A stretch of DNA of 49,593 nt from a candidate division WOR-3 bacterium (GCA_039801885.1 JBDRVN010000004.1:1-49593), one strand, 5' to 3'. Counted from the stretch's first letter, positions 28,261 through 37,539 are shown. Notes: generated from the sequence alone by a model not told the origin. Program-made: numbers and translations.

Positions 28261-29133
28261 ATGTTAAGAAAATTTATAGGAAAGTTATTAAAAGAAATGA
28301 GGAAAGAAAGGGGATATAGTTTAAAAGAGATTGCCAAATATTGTAGAAAAAGTGTAAGTGATTTATCAAGATTAGAAAAGGGCAAGATTAAAAACCCTTC
28401 CATATTTTTAATTTTAAATTATTTAAAGACAATAAATATTCATTATGGAGAATTTTTCAGCAAAATCCAAGGATATGAAATAGAAAACTTATTAAAAATG
28501 AAAGAGAAAGCGAAAATAGTGAATGGGATGGGATTGGTAAGAAAAGAGATTCGTTATAGTTTAGGATTAAAGTTTCAGAAAAAACCTTTTATTAATTACC
28601 CCGAAGAGTTAGAATGGAAGATAAAAAATTATTTGCTTCCTTTTGGTTACGAACCTTCAATAGTTAGAAAATATATCAAGTTTAGTGAAAAGGTATTTTA
28701 TGGTCTTTTAGATGGAAAAGATGAAAATTATTTTCAAGAGATAAATAAAAAGGCAGAAGAAGAAAATTTAGATAAACTTCTTTTAGCAAAAATAGCAAAA
28801 ATTACTTACGAGGCTTACAAAAGGGCATTAAAAAGAATAAATCAAGTAAAACCAATAACTGATAAAAAGATGAAAAGAATGGCTGAAGGCTATTTAAAAT
28901 ATTGGAGTAAGTGGATAAGATTAGAATATTTGATAAAAAAATATTTATGTGAAAAAGGGGTGCCCTTGCCTTTACATTTTTATTATCTAAACAAGGCAAA
29001 GAAATATCACAAACTATTAAAGAAAAACAGATTAGAGAAGATAAAAGAAATAGATGAAAAGGCAATAAAAGAAGGTTTAGAAAAAGAGATATTAGAGAAA
29101 ATAAAAGAGATTATAAAGGAAAGAGATAAATAA
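28261..29133 (+). CDS. XRE-family HTH protein with a duplicated C-terminal helical domain
   Basis: LKEMRKERGYSLKEIAKYCRKSVSDLSRLEKG XRE HTH; internal repeat aa 118-183 / 222-286 (track numbering from GTG 28258). Confidence 0.8.
   Translation: MLRKFIGKLLKEMRKERGYSLKEIAKYCRKSVSDLSRLEKGKIKNPSIFLILNYLKTINIHYGEFFSKIQGYEIENLLKMKEKAKIVNGMGLVRKEIRYSLGLKFQKKPFINYPEELEWKIKNYLLPFGYEPSIVRKYIKFSEKVFYGLLDGKDENYFQEINKKAEEENLDKLLLAKIAKITYEAYKRALKRINQVKPITDKKMKRMAEGYLKYWSKWIRLEYLIKKYLCEKGVPLPLHFYYLNKAKKYHKLLKKNRLEKIKEIDEKAIKEGLEKEILEKIKEIIKERDK
29015..29117 (+). repeat. Direct repeat copy 1 (3' end of the HTH gene)
   Basis: 103 bp; 93/103 identical to 30659-30761 by manual ungapped alignment. Confidence 0.9.
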
Positions 29134-29142
29134 ATCTTTTGA

Positions 29143-29171
29143 TTGACAAGAAAATATTTATTGGTTAAAAT
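29143..29171 (+). promoter_or_regulatory. Leaderless-type promoter
   Basis: TTGACA 29143-29148, 17 nt, TAAAAT 29166-29171, 5 nt, ATG 29177. Confidence 0.7.
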
Positions 29172-29176
29172 AAAAA

Positions 29177-30610
29177 ATGAAGAAAATTTTAGAATCGGTA
29201 ATTTTATTATTAATTTTAGTATCTTTATTTTCAGTGGCTTTTGCTCAATGGGAGCCGGATGTACGACTAACATGGAATGATAGTTCTTCGACCACAAGTT
29301 TTAATAATGTCCGTAACATTGCTGCTGGATCCAATGGAACTTTACATGTAGTGTGGGTGGATTGTCGAACAGGAGTTAGTCAAATCTATTATAAACGTTC
29401 AACCGATCGAGGAACGACTTGGTCTCCCGATACCAATCTGACCGATGCCAGTGGATTGAAAGCAGATCCTAACCTCGCAGTAGTTGGTGAAACGCTCCAT
29501 CTTGTCTGGGAGGACCACCGTTGGGGTTATCCCGGAGCAATTATGTATCGAAAGTCAACAGATAATGGCATAACTTGGTTACCAGAACAATGTATCAATG
29601 CCAATAACTGGAACTCTCGTAATCCTGCGGTTGCTGCCGAGGGAAGTATAGTTCATGTTGCTTGGGCTAGTGATTCAGTAGGTAGAGAAATCTATTACAT
29701 TCGCTCAACCGACAATGGCGTAACCTGGACTGACCGCCGTCGGTTGACATTTGATATGCAGGAATCTTGGTATCCCTCAATTGCCGCTTCGGGTCAGTTT
29801 GTGCATCTTGCTTGGCGAGACTGGCGTGATCACAGTTTTGAAATATATTATCTCCGTTCTACTGACCGAGGCGCAACATGGGATAGCATACCCATACGCA
29901 TATCTGGTGATCTAACAACTGGTTCTTATAATCCCAGTTTATGTGTTTCAGATTCATACGTGCATATTGTATGGTTTGACACTCGTCACACTCCTTTTGA
30001 ATTGTACTATCGCCATTCCTCAAATAACGGAAGAACTTGGGATATGCCCGAAATGCGACTTACCGAAGACTCAAGTGGCTCTTACAATCCGACAATCTGT
30101 GCTGATGGTCCGAATATTCATGTAGTCTGGGAAGCGTTACTTGGCACATCTGACATCTATCATAAAATGTCCACCAACTATGGAATAAGTTGGGGACCAG
30201 AGACCCGACTTACTAATGACCAGTTTTACTCGGTTTTCCCATCTGCGGCATTACTTGATTCCGGTATCCATGTTGTCTGGACTGATTTCCGAGATAATGA
30301 ATACGGCGAAATCTACTACAAAAGAAATCTGAGAGGTAATCAGGTAGCGATTGCTAAGTCTTCCGAACCAATGTTTAATTATCCACACTTATCCGCCACC
30401 ATTGTCGGTGGTGTTCTATTTTTACCAAGGATATCAAACGTCAAGGAGAATACTTCTTGTTTTCTAATTAATATCACTGGCCAAAAAGTTAAAGAACTTT
30501 TACCTGGTCCAAACGATATACGACAATTAACTTCAGGAATCTATTTCATCTTTCAGCAGAATAGAAAAGGTAATTGGCAGTTGGAAAAGAAAATAGTCAT
30601 TCAGCACTAA
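29177..30610 (+). CDS. Secreted BNR/Asp-box repeat (sialidase-like propeller) protein with T9SS-like C-terminal domain
   Basis: Signal peptide ending AFA-Q; six SxDxGxTW-type boxes (STDRGTTW, STDNGITW, STDNGVTW, STDRGATW, SSNNGRTW, STNYGISW); tail NITGQKVKEL...SGIYF. Confidence 0.8.
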   Translation: MKKILESVILLLILVSLFSVAFAQWEPDVRLTWNDSSSTTSFNNVRNIAAGSNGTLHVVWVDCRTGVSQIYYKRSTDRGTTWSPDTNLTDASGLKADPNLAVVGETLHLVWEDHRWGYPGAIMYRKSTDNGITWLPEQCINANNWNSRNPAVAAEGSIVHVAWASDSVGREIYYIRSTDNGVTWTDRRRLTFDMQESWYPSIAASGQFVHLAWRDWRDHSFEIYYLRSTDRGATWDSIPIRISGDLTTGSYNPSLCVSDSYVHIVWFDTRHTPFELYYRHSSNNGRTWDMPEMRLTEDSSGSYNPTICADGPNIHVVWEALLGTSDIYHKMSTNYGISWGPETRLTNDQFYSVFPSAALLDSGIHVVWTDFRDNEYGEIYYKRNLRGNQVAIAKSSEPMFNYPHLSATIVGGVLFLPRISNVKENTSCFLINITGQKVKELLPGPNDIRQLTSGIYFIFQQNRKGNWQLEKKIVIQH

Positions 30611-30658
30611 CCAAATATTTTAAGGACATACGAATTTATAAACAAAATAGATATTATT

Positions 30659-30761
30659 TATTAAAGAAAAACAGATTAGAGAAGATAAAGGAGACAGATG
30701 AAAAGGCAATAAAAGAAGGCTTAAAGAAAGAGATATTAGACGGAATAAAAGGGATTATAAA
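30659..30761 (+). repeat. Direct repeat copy 2: orphan 3' fragment of the HTH gene family
   Basis: Encodes LLKKNRLEKIKETDEKAIKEGLKKEILDGIKGII, matching the C-terminus of the HTH protein; no 5' part. Confidence 0.85.
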
Positions 30762-30777
30762 AGATGCGACAAAAAAT

Positions 30778-31481
30778 TTATTTAATTAACTCCTTTAATT
30801 TATCAAAATAAGGATAATTTAATTCTTGGAGAAGAAAAAGAAAATACTCAATATTTTCTCCTCTTTCCTTTGCTTTTTTAATCTTTTCTGCAAGCAATTC
30901 CGGTTCTAAGATATTTAATAATTCATCAATTTTCTGATAACCTATTTCTTTTAAAGCCACCAATAATGAATACCTGCCTATTTTCTAAATTTTTTATAAT
31001 TTCACAAACCTCTTCTCTTTCAACAATATAACCTTTCTCAAAATCAATCCATAAAGGACCTTGCCAACGAAAGAAATGAGGCTCATTATATTTTTCGTCA
31101 CCCCTTTTAAGATATTTTTCTATTTTTATTAATCCCAATCTTTTTAATTTTGAAGCAATAAATTCCTTTTCCATAATGGATGCTCTCTTTTTTAAATCCA
31201 TAATAATAAAAAATAAAAATGCCATTAATATTATTAAAATAATGCTATATATCCAATTTGAAAAAAATTTCCCAATTTCTATCCTCCAAAAAGATAGTAT
31301 AAACATTATTATACTTACTATCATACCTATTATACCTACAACAATAGTCCAGTAGGTACTTTTTTCTATTTTTTTTCTTATAAGATAGGTAATTTCCTAA
31401 GACTATCAAAAGGACGATAAGGAAAAATATAGAAATACCTGTAGGTATTAGATTAATAATAAAAACTATTAAATTACCCAT
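30778..31481 (-). pseudogene. Frameshifted, internally deleted membrane-anchored protein gene, probable P-loop/STAND NTPase remnant
   Basis: Three overlapping minus-strand frames (31245-31484, 30926-31324, 30778-30963). An A8 run (31369-31376) breaks a TM-encoding frame. IVEREEV..IIKNLENRQVFIIGG stops where a Walker A would begin. Confidence 0.6.
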
Positions 31482-31488
31482 CAAGTTA

Positions 31489-31516
31489 ATTTTATAAAAA
31501 TTAACCTATTTGTCAA
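31489..31516 (-). promoter_or_regulatory. Leaderless-type promoter of the pseudogene
   Basis: TTGACA 31516-31511, 16 nt, TAAAAT 31494-31489, 7 nt, ATG 31481. Confidence 0.65.
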
Positions 31517-31521
31517 TCAAT

Positions 31522-31549
31522 TTGACATTATTTATTTTTTTGTTAATAT
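31522..31549 (+). promoter_or_regulatory. Leaderless-type promoter with extended -10
   Basis: TTGACA 31522-31527, TG at 31541-31542, TAATAT 31544-31549, 6 nt, ATG 31556. Confidence 0.7.
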
Positions 31550-31555
31550 TTATCT

Positions 31556-32245
31556 ATGATATTTATTTTATCTTTAATAATTTTTAATCAAACCTATCTT
31601 ATCGATAACCCTTCACCAAGTTTTTTAAGCCATGGTGAATATTTAATTGGATTTAGACTACAAGGAAATAATGGGATAATGGCAAATTTTGGGATTGGAC
31701 TTTTTGATAGGTTAAATATGGGTGTCTCTTATTCGGGTGATAGTATTTTAGGTAGTGGTAAGCCAACCTTTCCCCAAAAAAGAGGACCAGAATTCCAAAT
31801 CCGTTTAAAAATTGTTGGCGAAGAGAGTTTTGTTTTTCCCGATATAATTCTTGGTTTTGATACCCAAGGATTTGGTAGTTATGATTCTGCTAAAAACGGT
31901 TATGCCGTTCCCGAAAAGACGTTTTATCTTTTATTAGGCAAAACAATTGATTTTACAAACACCAATATTTCCGGTGGAGTTAATTATCGGGATAAAGTTA
32001 ATTTCTTTTTATCAATAAGCCAATTATTACCAAGTGATTTTAATTTGATATTAGAATATTCTTCTTCTTTTTATGATAAAATAAGAGATATTAAAAAATA
32101 TGGCTTTTTAAATACAGGAATTGCTTGGAATTTTAGTGAGCAGGTTCGTTTTCTTTTTGCTTTAAGAGAGATTATTAAAAATCACGAAAATAATAATTGC
32201 CATTTAAATCGGATTGTTTATATAACTTTTCAATCCGGTTTTTAA
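31556..32245 (+). CDS. Hypothetical outer-membrane protein (YjbH-like)
   Basis: LIDNPSPSFLSHGEY, GLFDRLNMGVSY; beta-strand pattern ending in Phe. Confidence 0.45.
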   Translation: MIFILSLIIFNQTYLIDNPSPSFLSHGEYLIGFRLQGNNGIMANFGIGLFDRLNMGVSYSGDSILGSGKPTFPQKRGPEFQIRLKIVGEESFVFPDIILGFDTQGFGSYDSAKNGYAVPEKTFYLLLGKTIDFTNTNISGGVNYRDKVNFFLSISQLLPSDFNLILEYSSSFYDKIRDIKKYGFLNTGIAWNFSEQVRFLFALREIIKNHENNNCHLNRIVYITFQSGF

Positions 32246-32270
32246 TTTAGTTTTTTAGATTAAAATTATT

Positions 32271-32618
32271 ATGGGTTTTTATATTATTATCCGTTCTTAT
32301 TTTAGTGCCGCTCACAGATTAAAAGATTTATTTAATGACGAAGAAATTCATGGTCATAATTATTTGGTAGAAGTTTTTATCAAAGAAGAAGATATTGAAA
32401 AAAAGGGTTATCAATTTGATTTTCGGGAAGTGGAAAATTATTTGAGAAGTATTCTACCGGAGCATAAATTTTTAAATGAAATATTTGACTTTGTGCCAAC
32501 TTGTGAGAATGTCGCAAAGTATCTATTTTATAAAGTAAAAGAAAGATATCCAATTGTTAAAATTAGAGTGTGGGAGAATGAAAAATATGCTTGTGAATAT
32601 GAAGAAAGCTCTTCTTGA
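32271..32618 (+). CDS. 6-pyruvoyl-tetrahydropterin synthase/QueD family protein, PTPS-III-type motif
   Basis: FSAAH, EEIHGHNY, DFREV, HKFLNE, PTCEN, VRVWE-like KIRVWE. Confidence 0.85.
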   Translation: MGFYIIIRSYFSAAHRLKDLFNDEEIHGHNYLVEVFIKEEDIEKKGYQFDFREVENYLRSILPEHKFLNEIFDFVPTCENVAKYLFYKVKERYPIVKIRVWENEKYACEYEESSS

Positions 32619-32642
32619 CTTTTCAAAAATTTTTATTAAAAT
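32615..32642 (+). promoter_or_regulatory. S10 operon promoter
   Basis: TTGACT 32615-32620, 16 nt, TAAAAT 32637-32642; 24 nt to ATG 32667, no SD. Confidence 0.65.
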
Positions 32643-32666
32643 TATTAACTAAACTTTTTATAAATT

Positions 32667-32996
32667 ATGAAGGAATTTGAAGAGTTAAAGGGAGAAAAGG
32701 TAAGAATTAAGTTGAAGAGTTATGATTATCGGATATTGGATCAATCAACAAAGCAAATTGTTGATGTTATTAAACAATTGGGTGGTAAAGTTTCCGGACC
32801 AATACCTTTGCCAACGAAACGTTCGCTTTTTACTGTTTTACGTTCGACTTTTATTGATAAAAAATCAAGGGAACAGTTTGAATTACGGATTCATAAAAGA
32901 TTGATTGAGATTGATAATGCGACACCGGATATGATTAATGCCTTAATTCGTTTAGAAGTGCCAGCTGGTGTTGATGTGGAGATTAAAATAACTTAA
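32667..32996 (+). CDS. rpsJ: 30S ribosomal protein S10
   Basis: [29 protein letters not shown]. Confidence 0.98.
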   Translation: MKEFEELKGEKVRIKLKSYDYRILDQSTKQIVDVIKQLGGKVSGPIPLPTKRSLFTVLRSTFIDKKSREQFELRIHKRLIEIDNATPDMINALIRLEVPAGVDVEIKIT

Positions 32997-32997
32997 T

Positions 32998-33633
32998 ATG
33001 ATGGGATTATTAGGTAAGAAATTAAAAATGACTCAACTATTTGATGAGAAGGGAAAAGTAATTCCGTGCACGATTGTGAGACTTGGTCCTTGTTATGTCG
33101 TGCAAAAGAAAGTGAAAGAGAAAGATAATTATTGTGCTATCCAATTAGGGTTTGAGAAGAAGAAAAAGGGAAACAAACCAATTGCTGGTCATTTTAAAAA
33201 AGCAAATTTACCGGTTTTAAGATATCTAAAGGAATTTAAAGTGGATAATCCTGATGGGTTTGAATTAGGAAAAGAATTAAAAATTAAAGATGTTTTTAAA
33301 GAAGGCGATTTAGTAGATGTAACTGGCTGGACAAAAGGCAGAGGTTTTGCTGGTGGTATGAAAAGATGGGGATGGAAAGGCGGACCAGCTTCTCACGGCT
33401 CCCAATCCCATCGTCGAATAGGTTCTTTGGGAAGTGGAACCAGTCCGGGAAGACCTTGGAAAGGAAGAACTTTACCAGGACATTATGGTTGTGAAAAGGT
33501 AACTATCAAAAATTTAAAGATTATAAAAATTGATGAAGAAAATCATTTGGCTTATATCTCCGGTGCTATTCCAGGCTATTCTAATAGTTTAGTAATAGTT
33601 AAAAAAGCAAAAAGTGCTATTAAAAAATTATGA
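32998..33633 (+). CDS. rplC: 50S ribosomal protein L3
   Basis: GKKLKMTQ, TKGRGFAG, SHGS, PGHYG. Confidence 0.98.
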   Translation: MMGLLGKKLKMTQLFDEKGKVIPCTIVRLGPCYVVQKKVKEKDNYCAIQLGFEKKKKGNKPIAGHFKKANLPVLRYLKEFKVDNPDGFELGKELKIKDVFKEGDLVDVTGWTKGRGFAGGMKRWGWKGGPASHGSQSHRRIGSLGSGTSPGRPWKGRTLPGHYGCEKVTIKNLKIIKIDEENHLAYISGAIPGYSNSLVIVKKAKSAIKKL

Positions 33634-34265
33634 AAGCCGAACTACTATCAATTAATGGTGGGTTAAAAGGTGAGATTGAAATCCCAGAAGATATATTTGC
33701 TTGCGAAATAAATAAAGCATTAATTTGGGAGGCGGTCACTAATTATTTAAATAATCAAAGGCAAGGAACTGCTTCAACAAAGACAAGGGGAGAAGTAAGA
33801 GGTGGTGGAAGAAAACCTTGGGCGCAGAAACATACCGGTCGGGCAAGACACGGTTCTATCCGTTCGCCAATTTGGCGAAAAGGCGGAGTTGTTTTTGGTC
33901 CGAAACCAAGAGACTATTACTATTCTTTACCAAGAAAGAAAAAAAGGATTGCTTTACTTTCTGCCCTTTCTGCTCGTTATCAAGATAAAGAAATATTATT
34001 TTTAGAAGATTTTAATTTAAACGAACCGAAGACAAAGTTGATGTATAATATTTTGAAGAATTTAAAAATGAACGACAAAAAAGTTTTATTGGTAGTGAAA
34101 AATATGGAGAAAAATATTAAATTATCTTCTCGTAATATTCCTAATTTGACATTGATGCCGGCAAATAGTTTGAATGCTTATGAAGTTTTAGTGAATGATA
34201 AAATTATTTTTACCGAAAGTGGGTTAGAAAGTTTGAAAGAATTATGTTTGACCCAAGAAAAATAA
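33630..34265 (+). CDS. rplD: 50S ribosomal protein L4
   Basis: [33 protein letters not shown]. Confidence 0.98.
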   Translation: MKAELLSINGGLKGEIEIPEDIFACEINKALIWEAVTNYLNNQRQGTASTKTRGEVRGGGRKPWAQKHTGRARHGSIRSPIWRKGGVVFGPKPRDYYYSLPRKKKRIALLSALSARYQDKEILFLEDFNLNEPKTKLMYNILKNLKMNDKKVLLVVKNMEKNIKLSSRNIPNLTLMPANSLNAYEVLVNDKIIFTESGLESLKELCLTQEK

Positions 34266-34528
34266 TAATTAGACCAATTTTAAGCGAAAAGGCTTTAAGA
34301 TTAAGAGAATATAATCAATATATTTTTGAAGTAGCAAAAGATGCTAATAAGATTGATATTAAAAAAGCAGTAGAAGAATTATTTAAAGTAAAGGTAGAAA
34401 AGGTGAGGACACTTAATGTGCGTGGTAAACCAAAGAGGATGGGAATTTTTGAAGGAAGAACATCTTCCTGGAAAAAAGCAATTGTTACTTTAAAAGAAGG
34501 TGAAAGAATTGAAGGCTTGGAGAGATAA
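34244..34528 (+). CDS. rplW: 50S ribosomal protein L23
   Basis: [29 protein letters not shown]. Confidence 0.97.
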   Translation: MFDPRKIIIRPILSEKALRLREYNQYIFEVAKDANKIDIKKAVEELFKVKVEKVRTLNVRGKPKRMGIFEGRTSSWKKAIVTLKEGERIEGLER

Positions 34529-34530
34529 TT

Positions 34531-35361
34531 ATGGCAATTAAAAAGTATCGTCCAGTTACACCAGCAAGAAGATTTTATACGGTTGTTAAATTAGAAGGAG
34601 TTTCTAAAAGGGAACCTTATAAACCTTTATTGGTAATTAAAAAGAGTAAAGCCGGAAGAAACAATTTAGGTAGGATTACTGCCAAATATCGTGGCGGTGG
34701 TGAAAAGAAATATTACCGGATTATTGATTTTAAAAGAGATAAATATGATATACCAGCAAAAGTAGTTTCTATTGAATATGACCCAAATCGGACTGCTTGG
34801 ATTGCTTTAGTTTGCTATAAAGATGGTGAATATCGGTATATTATTGCTCCTGATGGTTTACAAATTGGTGATACTATTATCTCAACAAAAGATAAAGAGA
34901 TACCAATAAAGATTGGGAATGCTATGCCTTTAAGACTTATTCCGGTTGGTGTAGAAATTCATAATTTACAACTTTATCCCAATTATCCATCTTATATTGC
35001 TCGGGCTGCTGGAACTTCCTGTCAAATTTTAGCAAAAGAAGAAGAATACGCTATTGTTAAATTACCATCCGGAGAGATAAGAAAGTTTTATTTAGATTGT
35101 ATGGCAACTATTGGAAAGGTTTCTAAACCAGAACATAAAGATATGATTATTGGTAAGGCAGGTAGAAAAAGACATATGGGAAGAAGACCAAGAACAAGAG
35201 CAGTGGCAATGAACCCAATTGACCATCCAATGGGCGGTGGCGAAGGACGATCTCACGGCGGAAGGCATCCTACTTCCGAAACCGGTATATTAGCAAAAGG
35301 TAAAAAAACAAGAAAGAAAGAAAAGGCTTCTGATAAATTTATTATTCAGAAAAGAAAATAA
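34531..35361 (+). CDS. rplB: 50S ribosomal protein L2
   Basis: [30 protein letters not shown]. Confidence 0.98.
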   Translation: MAIKKYRPVTPARRFYTVVKLEGVSKREPYKPLLVIKKSKAGRNNLGRITAKYRGGGEKKYYRIIDFKRDKYDIPAKVVSIEYDPNRTAWIALVCYKDGEYRYIIAPDGLQIGDTIISTKDKEIPIKIGNAMPLRLIPVGVEIHNLQLYPNYPSYIARAAGTSCQILAKEEEYAIVKLPSGEIRKFYLDCMATIGKVSKPEHKDMIIGKAGRKRHMGRRPRTRAVAMNPIDHPMGGGEGRSHGGRHPTSETGILAKGKKTRKKEKASDKFIIQKRK

Positions 35362-35363
35362 TT

Positions 35364-35657
35364 ATGGGAAGAAGCTCTAAAAAAGGACCTTATATTGATC
35401 AAAAATTATATAAAAGAATAACAGAAATGAATGAAAAAGGAATAAAAAGGGTGATAAAGACTTATGCCCGTGCTTGCGTAATACCTCCGGAATTTGTTGG
35501 TCATACGATCGCTGTTCATAATGGAATAAAATTTATTCCAGTATATATTACTGAAAGAATGGTTGGTCATCGTTTGGGAGAGTTTGCGCCTACCAGAACA
35601 TTTAGAGCCCATGCTGGTCAAAGAAAAGAGAAAGGCAAAGAAAAGGAGAAAGAATAA
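35364..35657 (+). CDS. rpsS: 30S ribosomal protein S19
   Basis: [24 protein letters not shown]. Confidence 0.98.
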   Translation: MGRSSKKGPYIDQKLYKRITEMNEKGIKRVIKTYARACVIPPEFVGHTIAVHNGIKFIPVYITERMVGHRLGEFAPTRTFRAHAGQRKEKGKEKEKE

Positions 35658-35660
35658 TTT

Positions 35661-36020
35661 ATGGAAGCAAAAGCAATCAGTCGTTATCAAAGGATTTCGG
35701 TAAAAAAAGCTAATCGGATATTAGAATTGATACGAGGTAAAAATGCTAAAGAGGCTTTAAATATTCTTTATTTCTTACCAAAACCAAGACATAAAGTGCC
35801 AATTTTAAAAACCTTAAAATCAGCGATTGCCAATGCCATCTATAAATCAGGAAAGGCAAAATTAAAAGAAGAAGATTTGTATGTAAAAGAAGCAAGAGTT
35901 ACTCCTGGTCCAATGTTAAAAAGATGGCAGGCAGGACCAATGGGAAGAGCAATGATGATTAGAAGAAGAACATCTCATATTTATATTACAGTGGCATCAA
36001 AAGAAGAAAAGGAGGAATAA
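35661..36020 (+). CDS. rplV: 50S ribosomal protein L22
   Basis: RISVKKA, LKSAIANA, RTSHIYI. Confidence 0.97.
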   Translation: MEAKAISRYQRISVKKANRILELIRGKNAKEALNILYFLPKPRHKVPILKTLKSAIANAIYKSGKAKLKEEDLYVKEARVTPGPMLKRWQAGPMGRAMMIRRRTSHIYITVASKEEKEE

Positions 36021-36655
36021 TGGGACAAAAAACACATCCTTATGGTTTTCGTTTAGGAATTACTAAAAGTTGGAAGTCCCATTGGTTTGATGAAAAAAAT
36101 TATCGGCAATACCTTTTAGAGGATTTAAAAATAAAAGATTTTATTAGAGAAAATCATGCCGATGCTTTAATTTCGGATATTGAGATTTTAAGATTTCCGG
36201 AAAGAATTAACATTTTTATATATACTGCCCGACCACCTTTTATTAGTGGCCGAGGTGGAAAAGGTAAGGATAAATTAAGAGAAGATATTTTAAAATTAAT
36301 TAACCGGAAGGTTGATGTTGATATTGATCTGGAAGGTATTAGAACCCCTGAATTAGATGCTAAAATTGTAGCATTTCAATTGGCACGAGAATTAGAAAAA
36401 CGGGTTGCCCATCGTCGGGCGATGAAAAGACATATTAGCCAAGCAATGAGATTTGGCGCCAAAGGGATAAAAATAAGAGTTTCGGGAAGAATTGGTGGCG
36501 CAGAAATTGCTCGTTCGGAATGGCTTCAAGAAGGAAGAGTCCCTTTACAAACAATTAGAGCAGATGTTGATTATGGAATAGATACCGCTTTTACGGTATA
36601 CGGAACAATTGGTGTAAAGGTATGGATTTATAAAGGAGATGTAGAAACTGCATAG
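36020..36655 (+). CDS. rpsC: 30S ribosomal protein S3
   Basis: MGQKTHPYGFRLG, GRIGGAEIAR, GRVPLQTIRA. Confidence 0.98.
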   Translation: MGQKTHPYGFRLGITKSWKSHWFDEKNYRQYLLEDLKIKDFIRENHADALISDIEILRFPERINIFIYTARPPFISGRGGKGKDKLREDILKLINRKVDVDIDLEGIRTPELDAKIVAFQLARELEKRVAHRRAMKRHISQAMRFGAKGIKIRVSGRIGGAEIARSEWLQEGRVPLQTIRADVDYGIDTAFTVYGTIGVKVWIYKGDVETA

Positions 36656-36664
36656 GAGGAAATT

Positions 36665-37093
36665 ATGTTAATGCCTAAAAGAATAAAATATCGGAAACAT
36701 CACCGAGGAAGAAGAAAAGGAAAAGCAACAAGTGCTAATAAATTAGATTTTGGTGAATATGGTTTACAAGTATTAGAACCGGCATGGATTACTGCTGCTC
36801 AATTAGAAGCAGCAAGAGTGGCAATAACTAAATTCCTTAAAAAAACTGGTAAGTTATGGGTAAGAATATTTCCTGATAAACCAGTAACTAAAAAACCAGC
36901 CGAAACAAGAATGGGAAAAGGGAAGGGAGATGTTGCTTTTTGGGTAGCGGTAGTAAAACCCGGTCGGATAATTTTTGAAATAGAAGGAATAACAGAAGAA
37001 GAAGCGAAAAGGGCTTTTAGTTTAGCAAGTGCCAAGTTACCTTGTAAAACAAGAATATTAAAAAGGGAAGAGATTGTTTATGAAACCATTTGA
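36665..37093 (+). CDS. rplP: 50S ribosomal protein L16
   Basis: [25 protein letters not shown]. Confidence 0.98.
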   Translation: MLMPKRIKYRKHHRGRRKGKATSANKLDFGEYGLQVLEPAWITAAQLEAARVAITKFLKKTGKLWVRIFPDKPVTKKPAETRMGKGKGDVAFWVAVVKPGRIIFEIEGITEEEAKRAFSLASAKLPCKTRILKREEIVYETI

Positions 37094-37313
37094 ACTACGC
37101 GAACTTTCTGACGAAGAGCTTTTGCGGAAATATTTTGAATTAAGTGATGAGTATTTTAAATTAAGAATTAGAAAAATAACAGAAACATTACCAAACCCTT
37201 TAAGATTAAGGACAATAAAAAAAGAGATTGCCCGAGTCTTAACAATTTTAAGGGAAAGAGGTTATAATAAAGAAAAAGTTTTATTGTGGGGAAGAAAAAA
37301 TGCGCGGGCATAG
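37080..37313 (+). CDS. rpmC: 50S ribosomal protein L29
   Basis: [20 protein letters not shown]; ATG 37080 preferred over the track start 37074. Confidence 0.93.
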   Translation: MKPFELRELSDEELLRKYFELSDEYFKLRIRKITETLPNPLRLRTIKKEIARVLTILRERGYNKEKVLLWGRKNARA

Positions 37314-37539
37314 AAAAAAAGTGATTGCGGTAGTAAAAAGCAATAAAATGGATAAAACAGTGGTTTGCGAGATAACAAGACTGGTTTTGCACCCAAAATA
37401 TAAAAAATATATTAGAAAAAAGACTAAATTATACGCCCACGATCCAAATAATGAATGTCAAGTAGGTGATAAGGTTTTATTAATGGAGACAAGACCTTTA
37501 TCAAAATTAAAACGCTGGCGGGTAGTAAAGAAAATATGA
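37300..37539 (+). CDS. rpsQ: 30S ribosomal protein S17
   Basis: [22 protein letters not shown]. Confidence 0.97.
   Translation: MRGHRKKVIAVVKSNKMDKTVVCEITRLVLHPKYKKYIRKKTKLYAHDPNNECQVGDKVLLMETRPLSKLKRWRVVKKI

Noticed and set aside
30574-30789. 71-aa ORF as an independent gene
   Set aside because: It overlaps the BNR gene end, has no promoter or SD, and is the duplicated HTH 3' fragment.
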